From: an uncultured Clostridia bacterium
Lineage (GTDB): Bacteria > Acidobacteriota > Aminicenantia > UBA2199
Length of the DNA: 64,000 nt
Assembly: GCA_964479735.1 (NCBI GenBank)
Contig: CAYZNT010000009.1
Span: 41,349-105,348 of the forward strand
Direction of reading: 5' to 3'
Of this stretch, positions 20,458 through 29,366 are shown in pieces. Positions within the stretch are counted from its first letter, which is position 1; each line of letters begins with the position of its first letter. The notes below the pieces were generated by a model. The model was given only the letters and a program-made list of their open reading frames with translations, ran no database searches and was not told the DNA's origin. A program made the position numbers and the translations under genes.

Positions 20458-21366
20458 GTGGACGGCCCCGTGGTCATCAGCGGCGCCTCGGGCCTGGTCG
20501 GCCGCGCTCTCTGCCGGCTGCTGGCGGCGGAAGGCCGGGAGGTGGTCGCCCTCTCGCGGCGGCCCGGTTCCCTTCCCGGCGTCGCCGCCTCCGTCACCTG
20601 GGACGAGCTGCGAAGCAACGGCTGGACCGGCCGGTTGGACGGGGCCGACGCCGTCGTCCACCTGGCCGGGGCCACCATCGCCGAGCGCTGGAGCGCCGCC
20701 CGCCGCCGCCTCATCCTCGACAGCCGGGCCGGCAGCGGGAGGCTGCTGGCCGAGGCGATCGCCGCCGCGCCGCGCCGCCCGCAGGTGTTCCTCCAGGCCT
20801 CGGCCGCCGGCTATTACGGCTCGCGCGGCGACGAGGTGCTGACCGAGGAGTCTCCGCCGGGAAGCGGCTTCCTGGCCGACGTCTGCCGGCAGTGGGAGGC
20901 GTCGACCGCCCCGCTGGCGGCGCTCGGCGTGCGCCACGTGGTGGCCCGCAGCGCCATGGTGCTGGACGCCGCGGCGGGGGCGCTGCCACGCCTGGTGCGG
21001 CCATTCCGCTGGGGCGCCGGGGGCCGGCTGGGCGGCGGGCGGCAGTGGGTGGCCTGGATCCACCTGCGGGACGAGGTCAAGGCCCTGCGCTTTCTCCTCG
21101 CCGATGAACGCTGCGCCGGGGCCTTCAACCTGGCCGCCCCGGGCACGCTGCGCCAGCGCGATCTGGCGCGCCTCCTCGGCCGGCAACTGGGGCGCCCCGC
21201 CTGGCTGCCCGCACCGGCGCCGCTCCTGCGCCTGCTGCTGGGCGGGATGGCCGACGAACTGTTGCTGGCCAGCCAGCGCATCCACCCGCGCCGGCTTCTG
21301 GAAGCCGGGTTCCAGTTCGGCCATGCCTCGCTGGCGGACGCCCTGGCGGCTGTCGTTCTCCGCTGA
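20458..21366 (+). CDS. TIGR01777/YfcH-family NAD-dependent epimerase-like protein (DUF1731 C-terminus)
   Basis: GASGLVGRAL Rossmann motif, ...VVHLAGATIAERW, and the C-terminal RIHPRRLLEAGFQFGH motif typical of YfcH-like proteins. Confidence 0.75.
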   Translation: MDGPVVISGASGLVGRALCRLLAAEGREVVALSRRPGSLPGVAASVTWDELRSNGWTGRLDGADAVVHLAGATIAERWSAARRRLILDSRAGSGRLLAEAIAAAPRRPQVFLQASAAGYYGSRGDEVLTEESPPGSGFLADVCRQWEASTAPLAALGVRHVVARSAMVLDAAAGALPRLVRPFRWGAGGRLGGGRQWVAWIHLRDEVKALRFLLADERCAGAFNLAAPGTLRQRDLARLLGRQLGRPAWLPAPAPLLRLLLGGMADELLLASQRIHPRRLLEAGFQFGHASLADALAAVVLR

Positions 21367-21470
21367 TTCCCGGTTCGCGCCGGCTTGAAAATTCCCCCGA
21401 ATTTGTGTCTAATGGCTTCGCCTATCCCGGTGACGAGCCGGGGACCGGAGAAACGCGGATGGAGGCCAGC

Positions 21471-23675
21471 ATGGGACGCAACATGCGGAACCTGGGGATG
21501 CAGGTGGTCGTCCTTTTGCTTTGCGCTCCGCTGGGGCACGCCCAGCGGCAAGATGACCTCTTCACCATGTCTCTGTCCGACCTGATGAACGTGCGGGTGG
21601 TGACCGCCAACCGGATCACCCAGGACGTCGCCGATATCCCGGCCAGTGTCGTGGTCATCGACCGCCAGGAGATCCGCCGGCGCGGATACACCACGCTGGT
21701 CGAGATCCTTCAGCACATTCCCGGATTCTTCCTCGTCAACCAGTACAACTGGAGCGGCGTGACCGGTTTCGGCGTGCGCGGCTACTTTACCGAGGGCGCC
21801 TTCGCCCACGTGGTGATCCTGGTCGACGGCTGCCGGGTGCTGCGCGAGGGGTACATCAACCAGTACGTGCTGGCTCGCATCGCGCCACCGGTGGAGGCCA
21901 TCGACCGCATCGAGGTGATCCGCGGTCCCATGTCGGTGACGTACGGGCAGGACGCCTTCTTCGGAGCGGTCAACATCATCACCTGGCAGCGGGACAAGGG
22001 CCGGCCGGAGCAGGTGGCCGCGGCCTGGGCGGGCGCCGGCGGCGAGCGGGGAGTCGCCGTGCGCGCCGAACGCGCGCGCCCGGACCTGTCGTTCGTCTTC
22101 AACGCCGCGCTGCGCCACGACGGCGGGATCGACGTCCCCTACCGCTCGATGACCCGCAACCCCCCGGTGACGCTGCCCGGCGGCCATTCCACCTCCTACC
22201 TGCGCTCCGTCGGGCTGGCCGACGATGCCGTCACCGGCGGGCAGCTGGCCGCCAGCGGCGGCTACGCGTCGCTGGGCGTGGACTACCGCGGTCTCCGCGT
22301 CACCATCGCCCATGCCGCCGACGCCCACGGCACCCTCTGGCGCGCCCCCTCAAGCAGCCCGGACGGCAGCCCCGTGCGGATCTACGGCTCCGACGTCAGC
22401 GCCCAGTACGAACTGCCTCTCGGCGGCGGCTGGTCGTTGACCGGGTACGGCCAGTACGCGGATTACCGCTCCTCCACGCTCTACCGCCTGAACGGCGACG
22501 ATCACTTCGGCGAGTCGTTCGTCCACTCGGCCATCCTCTACGGCGCGCTCGACCTCCACTCCCGGTCGAACCGGCGCCTCAATCTCAGCGGCGGACTGTC
22601 GGTCGAACGGATGAGCGATGCCGGGGACGACGTCGACATCCCGGCCATCCCGAACGTGGGCAACAGCTCGTGGCGCCTGAAGGATGGGGACGCGATCCAC
22701 TCCGCCCAGGCGTACGTCCAGCTGCGCTGGCGCCCATGGCCGCGCCTGCTGCTGGTGGGCGGCGGCCGGCTGATCCGATTCGGCGATTTCACCTACCAGC
22801 GGCTGCGGGATCGCGGAGGCCCCGGCTTCGCCGTGGAGGAGAAGCGAACGCGCAACGAGCGCCCTTCGCTGGCCAGCCAGCTGGCCGCCATCGTCCGCCT
22901 CGGCGAGCGCCACGCGGTGAAGGGCTTGCTGGGCACGGCCGTCACCGTGCCCAACCTGCGCCAGTACACGACCCGGCTGGATTTCGCTCTCGCGCACCCC
23001 GGCGTCGATATCCGCCAGCTGCCCGAGTTGCAGCCGGCGCATATCACCACCCTGGAAATGCAGTACCTCGGCTCCCCCTGGCGGCAGGGTAGCGTGAGCC
23101 TGTCCCTGTTCGCCAACTTCCTGCAGAAGCTCATCGTCTCGTCCGGCACCGTGCTGCCCGATGGCCGCTACGTCGTCGTGACCCAGAACAGCGGGCGCAT
23201 CCGCACGCTCGGCGCCGAGGCCGGAGTCAAGGCGAGGCCCCTGCCTTCCCTGGACCTCGACGTCGGCCTCTGCCTGCAGCGATCGCGCAACCGCGAACCG
23301 GGCTTCGCCGGGATCGCCGTGCCGTACTCCCCCGGTCTGCTGGCGAACGCCAGCGCCGTCTGGCGGTTGACCCCCGACGTCAGCGCCTCCCTCGGTGGAA
23401 TCTTCGTCGGGCGCATGGAGAGCAGCTGGCAATGGGCGGGGCCGGACCCGCAGCTGGGCCGGAGGGTGAGCGACGCCGTCCCGGCGTACCTCTCGGTGGA
23501 CGCCAATTTTCGGGTGGAGCGCCTGTTCGGCAGCCGTCTCTTCCTTTCCCTGCACGGCTCCAACCTGTTCGGTGCCGATATCCGATATCCCGCCGATCCC
23601 GGCAACGCATGGGCCGACAAGGGGCTCGCCGGCCCTGGCCGGCGCTGGCTCGTCTCGGTCGGTTGCCGCTATTAG
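21471..23675 (+). CDS. TonB-dependent outer-membrane receptor
   Basis: Signal peptide, TonB-box-like DLFTMSLSDLMNVRVV, plug domain (VVVIDRQEIRRRGYTTLVEIL, IEVIRGPMSVTYGQDAFFGAVNIIT) and a C-terminal beta-barrel ending ...VGCRY. Confidence 0.85.
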   Translation: MGRNMRNLGMQVVVLLLCAPLGHAQRQDDLFTMSLSDLMNVRVVTANRITQDVADIPASVVVIDRQEIRRRGYTTLVEILQHIPGFFLVNQYNWSGVTGFGVRGYFTEGAFAHVVILVDGCRVLREGYINQYVLARIAPPVEAIDRIEVIRGPMSVTYGQDAFFGAVNIITWQRDKGRPEQVAAAWAGAGGERGVAVRAERARPDLSFVFNAALRHDGGIDVPYRSMTRNPPVTLPGGHSTSYLRSVGLADDAVTGGQLAASGGYASLGVDYRGLRVTIAHAADAHGTLWRAPSSSPDGSPVRIYGSDVSAQYELPLGGGWSLTGYGQYADYRSSTLYRLNGDDHFGESFVHSAILYGALDLHSRSNRRLNLSGGLSVERMSDAGDDVDIPAIPNVGNSSWRLKDGDAIHSAQAYVQLRWRPWPRLLLVGGGRLIRFGDFTYQRLRDRGGPGFAVEEKRTRNERPSLASQLAAIVRLGERHAVKGLLGTAVTVPNLRQYTTRLDFALAHPGVDIRQLPELQPAHITTLEMQYLGSPWRQGSVSLSLFANFLQKLIVSSGTVLPDGRYVVVTQNSGRIRTLGAEAGVKARPLPSLDLDVGLCLQRSRNREPGFAGIAVPYSPGLLANASAVWRLTPDVSASLGGIFVGRMESSWQWAGPDPQLGRRVSDAVPAYLSVDANFRVERLFGSRLFLSLHGSNLFGADIRYPADPGNAWADKGLAGPGRRWLVSVGCRY

Positions 23676-23686
23676 GCGCCGTGGGC

Positions 23687-24277
23687 ATGGCGCCGAGCCT
23701 CCGGACGTTTTTCCCCCGGCGGGGCCGTTCCCCGCGGGATCGGCGGCGAGCCTGGCTGCCACTGGCCGCCGGGCTGGCCGCTTTCGCCCTGTCGGCCAGT
23801 TCCCCGCAGGCCGACGGCGCGGCGGACGAATACCTGGTCAAGGCTGCGTTTCTGGAAAAGTTTTGCCGCTATGTCGAGTGGCCGCCCCGGGGGGAGGGCG
23901 AAGGGGCCTTCGACATCGCCGTCATCGGCGAAAACCCGTTCGGCGGAGCGCTTCGACAGCTGGCCGAGAGCGTGCGCATCCAGAACCGGGCGATCCGCCT
24001 GCACGACGTGAAGACCCTGGCGGACCTCGGCTCCTGCCAGTTGCTGTTCGTGGCCCGCTCGGAGTCCGCGCGTCTCGCCGGCATCGTGGATTCCCTGCGG
24101 GCGAAGCCCGTCCTGCTCGTCGGGGACAGCCCCGGGTTCGCGGCCGCCGGCGTGCACATCAACTTCTACATCAGCGGGCAGGGATCGGTTCGCTTCGAGG
24201 TCAACCCGGATCGGTTTGCCCAGTCGGGACTGAGGGTGGACACCTACCTGCTCGAATACGCCCGGGTGGTCCGATGA
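23687..24277 (+). CDS. YfiR-like periplasmic protein (DUF4154 family)
   Basis: Signal peptide then FLEKFCRYVEWP...FDIAVIGENPF...LLFVARSE...VHINFYISGQGSVRFEVNPDRFAQSGLRVDTYLL, matching the YfiR/DUF4154 consensus. Start could equally be the GTG at 23681. Confidence 0.7.
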   Translation: MAPSLRTFFPRRGRSPRDRRRAWLPLAAGLAAFALSASSPQADGAADEYLVKAAFLEKFCRYVEWPPRGEGEGAFDIAVIGENPFGGALRQLAESVRIQNRAIRLHDVKTLADLGSCQLLFVARSESARLAGIVDSLRAKPVLLVGDSPGFAAAGVHINFYISGQGSVRFEVNPDRFAQSGLRVDTYLLEYARVVR

Positions 24278-26946
24278 TCCGTCTGCCGCGGTGGATCCGT
24301 GACATGTCCATCCGGTTCAAAATCGTGTTCGTCGTCCTGCTGGTTTCCACCCTGACCAGCGCAATCAGCGCGCTGATCAGCTACGCCGCCATGGTGCGAA
24401 AGCACGCCGATTCGCTCCTCGGTATCACCGTGGCCAATACCCGCCTCGTCGCCCAGTACTGCGTGATGCCGCTCGAGTTCGCGGACGCTGCCAAGGCCGA
24501 GGACGTGCTCGGCAAGCTCCGTGCCCTCAGTTACATCCAAGACGGCCTCGTCCTCGGGCCCGACGGCCGCGTCTTCGCGTCCTTCCACCGGGCCGACGGG
24601 GGCCCCCAAAGACCGCCCCCGGGCATGCCGGTGGACGGCTACCTGGCCGAAGCCGACTTCCTGCACGTGCAGACCCCGGTGGCCTACCGGGGCCGGGTGT
24701 ACGGGAGCGTCTACCTGCGGGTCAGCACCGACAGCCGGGCCATCGCCCGCAAGACCCTCTTCACCTGGATGGCCATCCTGGCCTCCATGTCGGTTTTGGC
24801 GGTGCTTCTGGCGCTGCGCTTGCAGCGCATCGTCTCCGTCCCGATCCTCCGCCTCACCCGCTTCACCCATGATCTGGTCGAGCAAAGGGGGACCGGGGCG
24901 CGCATCGAGAAATCGGCGGCCGACGAAACGGGCCGGCTCTACGACGCCTTCAACCACATGATCGGCGTGATCCAGTCCCGCGAAGCCGATCTGCGTTCGA
25001 CCACGGAGGAGCTGAACCGGTTTTTCGACATCAGCCTCGACCTGCTGTGCATCGCCGACACCGGCGGTCGTTTCTTGCGCCTCAACAAGGCCTGGGAGAG
25101 GATCCTCGGCTTCCGCGTCGACGAGTTGCTGGCAAAACCTTTCCTCGAGTTCGTGCATCCCGGCGACCTGGCCGCCACCCAGGCGGCGATGGCCGCGCTC
25201 TCGGAAGGCCGGGAAGTGGTCGACTTCATCAACCGCTTCCGCTGCCAGGACGGGGCCTACCGCTGGATCGAGTGGCGCTCGGTGCCGGTTGGCCACCTCA
25301 TCTACGCCGCCGCGCGCGACGTCAGCGAGCGCATGCAGGCCGACGAGGCGATCCGCCGCTCCGAGGAGTTCCTGCGCCAAGTCATCGAGAACGCATCCGG
25401 GGTCCCGTTCCAGCTGGCGTTCGGCGAGGATTTGGGGGCCGGTCACTACACCCAGGTCGGAGCGGGCATCGAGAGGCTCTTCGGGATCAAACCCGACGGT
25501 TTCACCGAGTCCTTCTTCGTCTCCATCGTTCGTGAAACGGTCCTGCGCGTGCCCGGCGTTCCCGCCGATCCCGTCGAGTGCCGCCGGCGCATGCGGGCCG
25601 GCGAGATTTCCCGTTACCGGGCCGACATCCGCGTCCAACTGCCCGACGGCACCGTCAAGTGGGTCAACGACTCCTCGCTCCCCGTGCGCGACCAGGAAAC
25701 CGGACGCGTCGTCGGGGCCATGGGCATCCTGCTGGACATCACCGAGCAGGTGATCCGCGAGGAGGAGGTGCGCCGGCTCAATGTCGAGCTCGAACAGCGC
25801 GTGAGCGAGCGCACGGCCCAGTTCGTCGACGCCAACGAACGGCTGCAGCGTGAAATCGCCGGGCACATGCAGGCCGAGGAGCGCCTCCGCATCTTCCAGC
25901 AATTCGTGGAAGCGTCCGGGCAGGGATTGGGCATGGCCACTCCGGATACCCGGATCATCTACATGAACTCGACCCTGTGCCGCTGGCTCGGCGAGACACC
26001 GGGCGAACCCGCGTCCTGGAAGACGTTTCTTCACTATTATCCGCCGGAAATGCGCGAGCGCCTGCAACACGAGGTGATCCCGGAGGTGCTCCGCGCCGGG
26101 CAGTGGGCGGGCGAGCTGGCGCTGCTCGATCCGCAGGGCAGCCGGATTCCCACCATCGAGAGCTTTTTCGTCATCCGCAACGCGGAGGGTCAGGTCGCCT
26201 ACCTGGCCGACGTGATCACGGACATCTCGGAGCGCAAACGGAGCGAGGAACAACTGAAACGGAACCGCGACCAGCTGGCCAGCGCCAACAAGGAGCTCGA
26301 GAGCTTCGCCTACTCGGTCTCCCACGACCTGCGCGCGCCGTTGCGCGGCATCGACGGCTGGAGCCAGGCGCTCATCGAGGACTACGCGGGGTCCCTGGAC
26401 GCCACGGCGCGCGGCTACCTGGAAACCGTCCGGGGCGAGACGAAACGCATGGCCCAACTGATCGACGCGCTGCTGCAGCTGTCGCGCGTGGCCCGCAGCG
26501 AGATGAAGCGCGTGCCGGTCGACCTGAGCGCGCTGGCCGGCGAGGTGGATGGAGAACTGCGCCTCTCCCAGCCGGAGCGCGACGTCGAGTTCCGGCTGAC
26601 GCCGGGCCTCGATACCGTAGGCGACCGCACGTTGCTGCTGGTGCTGATGCGCAATTTGCTTGGCAACGCCTGGAAGTTCAGCGCCGGGCGCCGGGGGGCG
26701 ATCGTCGAATTCGGCCGAAGGGCGGGTCCCGAGGCGGCGTTCTTCGTGCGCGACAACGGCGCCGGTTTCGACATGGCGTTTTCCGGCAAGCTGTTCACGC
26801 CGTTCCAGCGGCTGCATGGCCAGGAGGAGTTCCCGGGCACCGGCATCGGCCTGGCCACGGTGCAGCGCATCGTTCACCGCCATGGGGGCCGCATCTGGGC
26901 CGAGGGCGAGCCGGGAATCGGGGCGACGTTTTTCTTCACGTTGTGA
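24274..26946 (+). CDS. Sensor histidine kinase with a periplasmic domain between two TM helices, then HAMP, 3-4 PAS/PAC, HisKA and HATPase
   Basis: 890 aa. TM1, an about 150-aa extracytoplasmic region, TM2, LRLTRFTHDL (HAMP), PAS repeats, H-box SHDLRAPLRGIDGWS, and G-boxes at the C-terminus. Confidence 0.85.
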   Translation: MIRLPRWIRDMSIRFKIVFVVLLVSTLTSAISALISYAAMVRKHADSLLGITVANTRLVAQYCVMPLEFADAAKAEDVLGKLRALSYIQDGLVLGPDGRVFASFHRADGGPQRPPPGMPVDGYLAEADFLHVQTPVAYRGRVYGSVYLRVSTDSRAIARKTLFTWMAILASMSVLAVLLALRLQRIVSVPILRLTRFTHDLVEQRGTGARIEKSAADETGRLYDAFNHMIGVIQSREADLRSTTEELNRFFDISLDLLCIADTGGRFLRLNKAWERILGFRVDELLAKPFLEFVHPGDLAATQAAMAALSEGREVVDFINRFRCQDGAYRWIEWRSVPVGHLIYAAARDVSERMQADEAIRRSEEFLRQVIENASGVPFQLAFGEDLGAGHYTQVGAGIERLFGIKPDGFTESFFVSIVRETVLRVPGVPADPVECRRRMRAGEISRYRADIRVQLPDGTVKWVNDSSLPVRDQETGRVVGAMGILLDITEQVIREEEVRRLNVELEQRVSERTAQFVDANERLQREIAGHMQAEERLRIFQQFVEASGQGLGMATPDTRIIYMNSTLCRWLGETPGEPASWKTFLHYYPPEMRERLQHEVIPEVLRAGQWAGELALLDPQGSRIPTIESFFVIRNAEGQVAYLADVITDISERKRSEEQLKRNRDQLASANKELESFAYSVSHDLRAPLRGIDGWSQALIEDYAGSLDATARGYLETVRGETKRMAQLIDALLQLSRVARSEMKRVPVDLSALAGEVDGELRLSQPERDVEFRLTPGLDTVGDRTLLLVLMRNLLGNAWKFSAGRRGAIVEFGRRAGPEAAFFVRDNGAGFDMAFSGKLFTPFQRLHGQEEFPGTGIGLATVQRIVHRHGGRIWAEGEPGIGATFFFTL

Positions 26947-26960
26947 GCAGGGAGGGAAGC

Positions 26961-27410
26961 ATGGAGACACGAAGCATTTTGCTGGTGGAGGACAATCCCA
27001 GCGACATCAAGCTCACGCAGCGGGCGCTGAGCAAGAACCACGTGGCCAATGAACTGCTGGTCGCCAGAGACGGCCAGGAGGCGCTCGACTATCTCTTCGG
27101 CACCGGCGCCCATGCCGGCCGCGATGTTTGCCGGCAGCCGGCGCTGATCCTTCTCGACCTCAAGCTGCCCAAGGTCGACGGCCAGGCCGTGCTGGCGCGG
27201 ATCAAGGGAGACGAGCGCACCCGGAGCATCCCGGTGGTGGTGCTGACGACGTCGCGCGAGGACCGCGACATCGAATCCTGTTATGCGCTGGGCGCCAATT
27301 CCTACATCGTCAAGCCGGTCGATTTCGACCAGTTCGTGCGCGCCGTCGCCGAGATGCAACTGTACTGGCTGGTGCTGAACGAGTCGCCGCGCCCCTGCAC
27401 GGGAACGTGA
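26961..27410 (+). CDS. Single-domain response regulator (CheY-like REC)
   Basis: LLVEDNPSDIKL...LILLDLKLPKVDG...SYIVKP, 149 aa. Its stop overlaps the next start (TGATG). Confidence 0.85.
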   Translation: METRSILLVEDNPSDIKLTQRALSKNHVANELLVARDGQEALDYLFGTGAHAGRDVCRQPALILLDLKLPKVDGQAVLARIKGDERTRSIPVVVLTTSREDRDIESCYALGANSYIVKPVDFDQFVRAVAEMQLYWLVLNESPRPCTGT

Positions 27411-29347
27411 TGGGCCAGCCGCTGCGCTTGCTGATCGTCGAGGACAACGCGTCCGACGCCGACCTGATCCAGCGCCACCTGGCCCGGGGCGGCTTCGATC
27501 TGAAGGAGGCGCGGCGGGTGGAAACGGCCGACGGGCTGGCCGGGGCGCTGGCGGATGCGGAGTGGGACCTGGTCGTCTGCGACTACCATCTTCCGCACCT
27601 GGACGCGCCCACGGCCTTGCGCATCGTCCGCGAGAGCGGCCGGGACGTCCCCTTTCTCATCGTCTCCGGCACCGTGGGAGAGGACATCGCCGTCGACATG
27701 ATGAAAAGCGGCGTGCACGACTACCTGCTCAAGGACAACCTGGCGCGGCTGGTGCCCGCCGTGCAGCGGGAGTTGCGCGAGGCGGTGGAGCGCCGCGAGC
27801 GCCGGCAGGCGGAAGCCGCGCTGCGCGCCAACGAAGAACGGTTCCGCGACCTGGCCCGGCTGCTCGACCTGGCCCGCGACGCCATCCTGGTATGCGATCT
27901 CGATGACCGCATCTCCTACTGGAACCGGGGCGCCGAGAGGCTCTACGGCTGGACAACGGAGGAGATCCAGGGGCAGAGCATTTGCGGGCGGCTGGTCACG
28001 GACCCGGAGTTGTTCGCCGGTGCCAAGCGGGAGCTGCTGGCGTCCGGAGAGTGGCGGGGCGAGATGCGCCACGTCACCCGCTCCGGGACACCGGTCAGCG
28101 TGAGCAGTTCCTGGAGCCTGGTGCGGGATGAAAACGGCCAGCCCCGGTCGGTGCTGGTCATCAACACCGACGTCACCCAGCGCAAGCTGCTGGAGGCGCA
28201 GCTGCTGCAGGCCCAGAAGATGGAGGCCATCGGCCGGCTGGCCGGGGGGGTGGCCCACGATTTCAACAACCTGCTGACGGTCATCCTGGGTTTCACCCAG
28301 CTGCAGCTGATGCGGGACGACCTGGACGCCGACGCGCGCGCCAACCTGCAGCACATCCTGCAGGCCGCCGAGGGGGCCAGCGGTTTGACCCGCCAGCTGC
28401 TCACCTTCAGCCGAAAGCAGGTGATGCAGCCGCGCGATCTCGACCCGCTCCAGCTCGTCCGCAACCTGGGACGGATGCTGGAACGGGTCATCGGCGAGCC
28501 CATCGCCCTGGCCATCGAGGGCGCGCCCGACTCCATGGCCATCCGGGCCGATCCCCACATGATCGAGCAGGTCGTGCTCAACCTGGTGCTCAACGCCCGC
28601 GACGCCATGCCCAACGGGGGCAGAATCACCCTGACCGTCGCGCCTCAGGCCATCGACGCTTCCCGGCTGGCCGACCATCCGCGCGGGCGCGTGGGAGAGT
28701 TCGTCTGCCTGGAGGTGACGGACACGGGGTGCGGCATGCCGGAGGAGGTGCTGAACCGGCTGTTCGAGCCGTTCTTCACCACCAAGGAGGCGGGCAAGGG
28801 GACCGGGCTGGGTCTGGCCACCGTGTACGGCATCGTCGAGCAGCACGGGGGCTGGCTGGAAGTCTCGAGCCGGGTCGGCGCCGGCTCCGTCTTCCGCGTT
28901 TTCCTCCCCGCGGCGACCGCCGCCGACCGCGAGAGCCCGAATGATGCCAGCGGCGGCCAGGTCCGCGGCGGGAGCGAGGCGCTGCTGCTGGTCGAAGACG
29001 AACAGGCGGTGCGCCTCATGGCCCGGGAGTTTTTGACCGGGCTGGGGTACCGGGTGTGGGAGGCGGATGGCGGAAGGTCCGCCCAGGAGGTCTGGGCGGC
29101 GCATGGGAGGGAGATCGACCTGCTGGTCACCGACATCGTCATGCCCGGGGGAGTGAACGGCATCGAGCTGGCCGCCGCCATGCGCCGCGGGCGGCCGGAC
29201 CTGGGCGTGGTCTACATCAGCGGTTACGCCGACGGCGGCGGAAATGCCCGCAACCCCAAGCTGGTCGAAGGCGAGAATTTCGTCTCCAAGCCGTTCAGCC
29301 TGGGTTTTCTGGCGGCCACGGTGCGCCGGGCGCTCGATCGGCGGTGA
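27410..29347 (+). CDS. Hybrid sensor histidine kinase (REC-PAS-HisKA-HATPase-REC)
   Basis: N-terminal REC (LLIVEDNASDADL...DLVVCDYHLP), a PAS domain, H-box GGVAHDFNNLLTVI, G-boxes DTGCGMP and GKGTGLGLA, and a C-terminal REC (LLLVEDEQAVR...DLLVTDIVMPG). Confidence 0.88.
   Translation: MGQPLRLLIVEDNASDADLIQRHLARGGFDLKEARRVETADGLAGALADAEWDLVVCDYHLPHLDAPTALRIVRESGRDVPFLIVSGTVGEDIAVDMMKSGVHDYLLKDNLARLVPAVQRELREAVERRERRQAEAALRANEERFRDLARLLDLARDAILVCDLDDRISYWNRGAERLYGWTTEEIQGQSICGRLVTDPELFAGAKRELLASGEWRGEMRHVTRSGTPVSVSSSWSLVRDENGQPRSVLVINTDVTQRKLLEAQLLQAQKMEAIGRLAGGVAHDFNNLLTVILGFTQLQLMRDDLDADARANLQHILQAAEGASGLTRQLLTFSRKQVMQPRDLDPLQLVRNLGRMLERVIGEPIALAIEGAPDSMAIRADPHMIEQVVLNLVLNARDAMPNGGRITLTVAPQAIDASRLADHPRGRVGEFVCLEVTDTGCGMPEEVLNRLFEPFFTTKEAGKGTGLGLATVYGIVEQHGGWLEVSSRVGAGSVFRVFLPAATAADRESPNDASGGQVRGGSEALLLVEDEQAVRLMAREFLTGLGYRVWEADGGRSAQEVWAAHGREIDLLVTDIVMPGGVNGIELAAAMRRGRPDLGVVYISGYADGGGNARNPKLVEGENFVSKPFSLGFLAATVRRALDRR
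27840..29347 (+). repeat. Copy 1 of a duplicated PAS-HisKA-HATPase-REC module, paralogous to 31780-33287
   Basis: Protein identity is about 75-80% across the whole module. DNA cores 28141-28440 and 28690-28870 are about 95-97% identical to 32081-32380 and 32630-32790. Confidence 0.85.
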
Positions 29348-29366
29348 AATCGCGGGGGAAAAGGGA

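Noticed and set aside
23432-23686. Upstream extension of the YfiR-like ORF
   Set aside because: It overlaps the 3' end of the TonB-receptor gene. The signal peptide and conserved DUF4154 region begin after 23681/23687.
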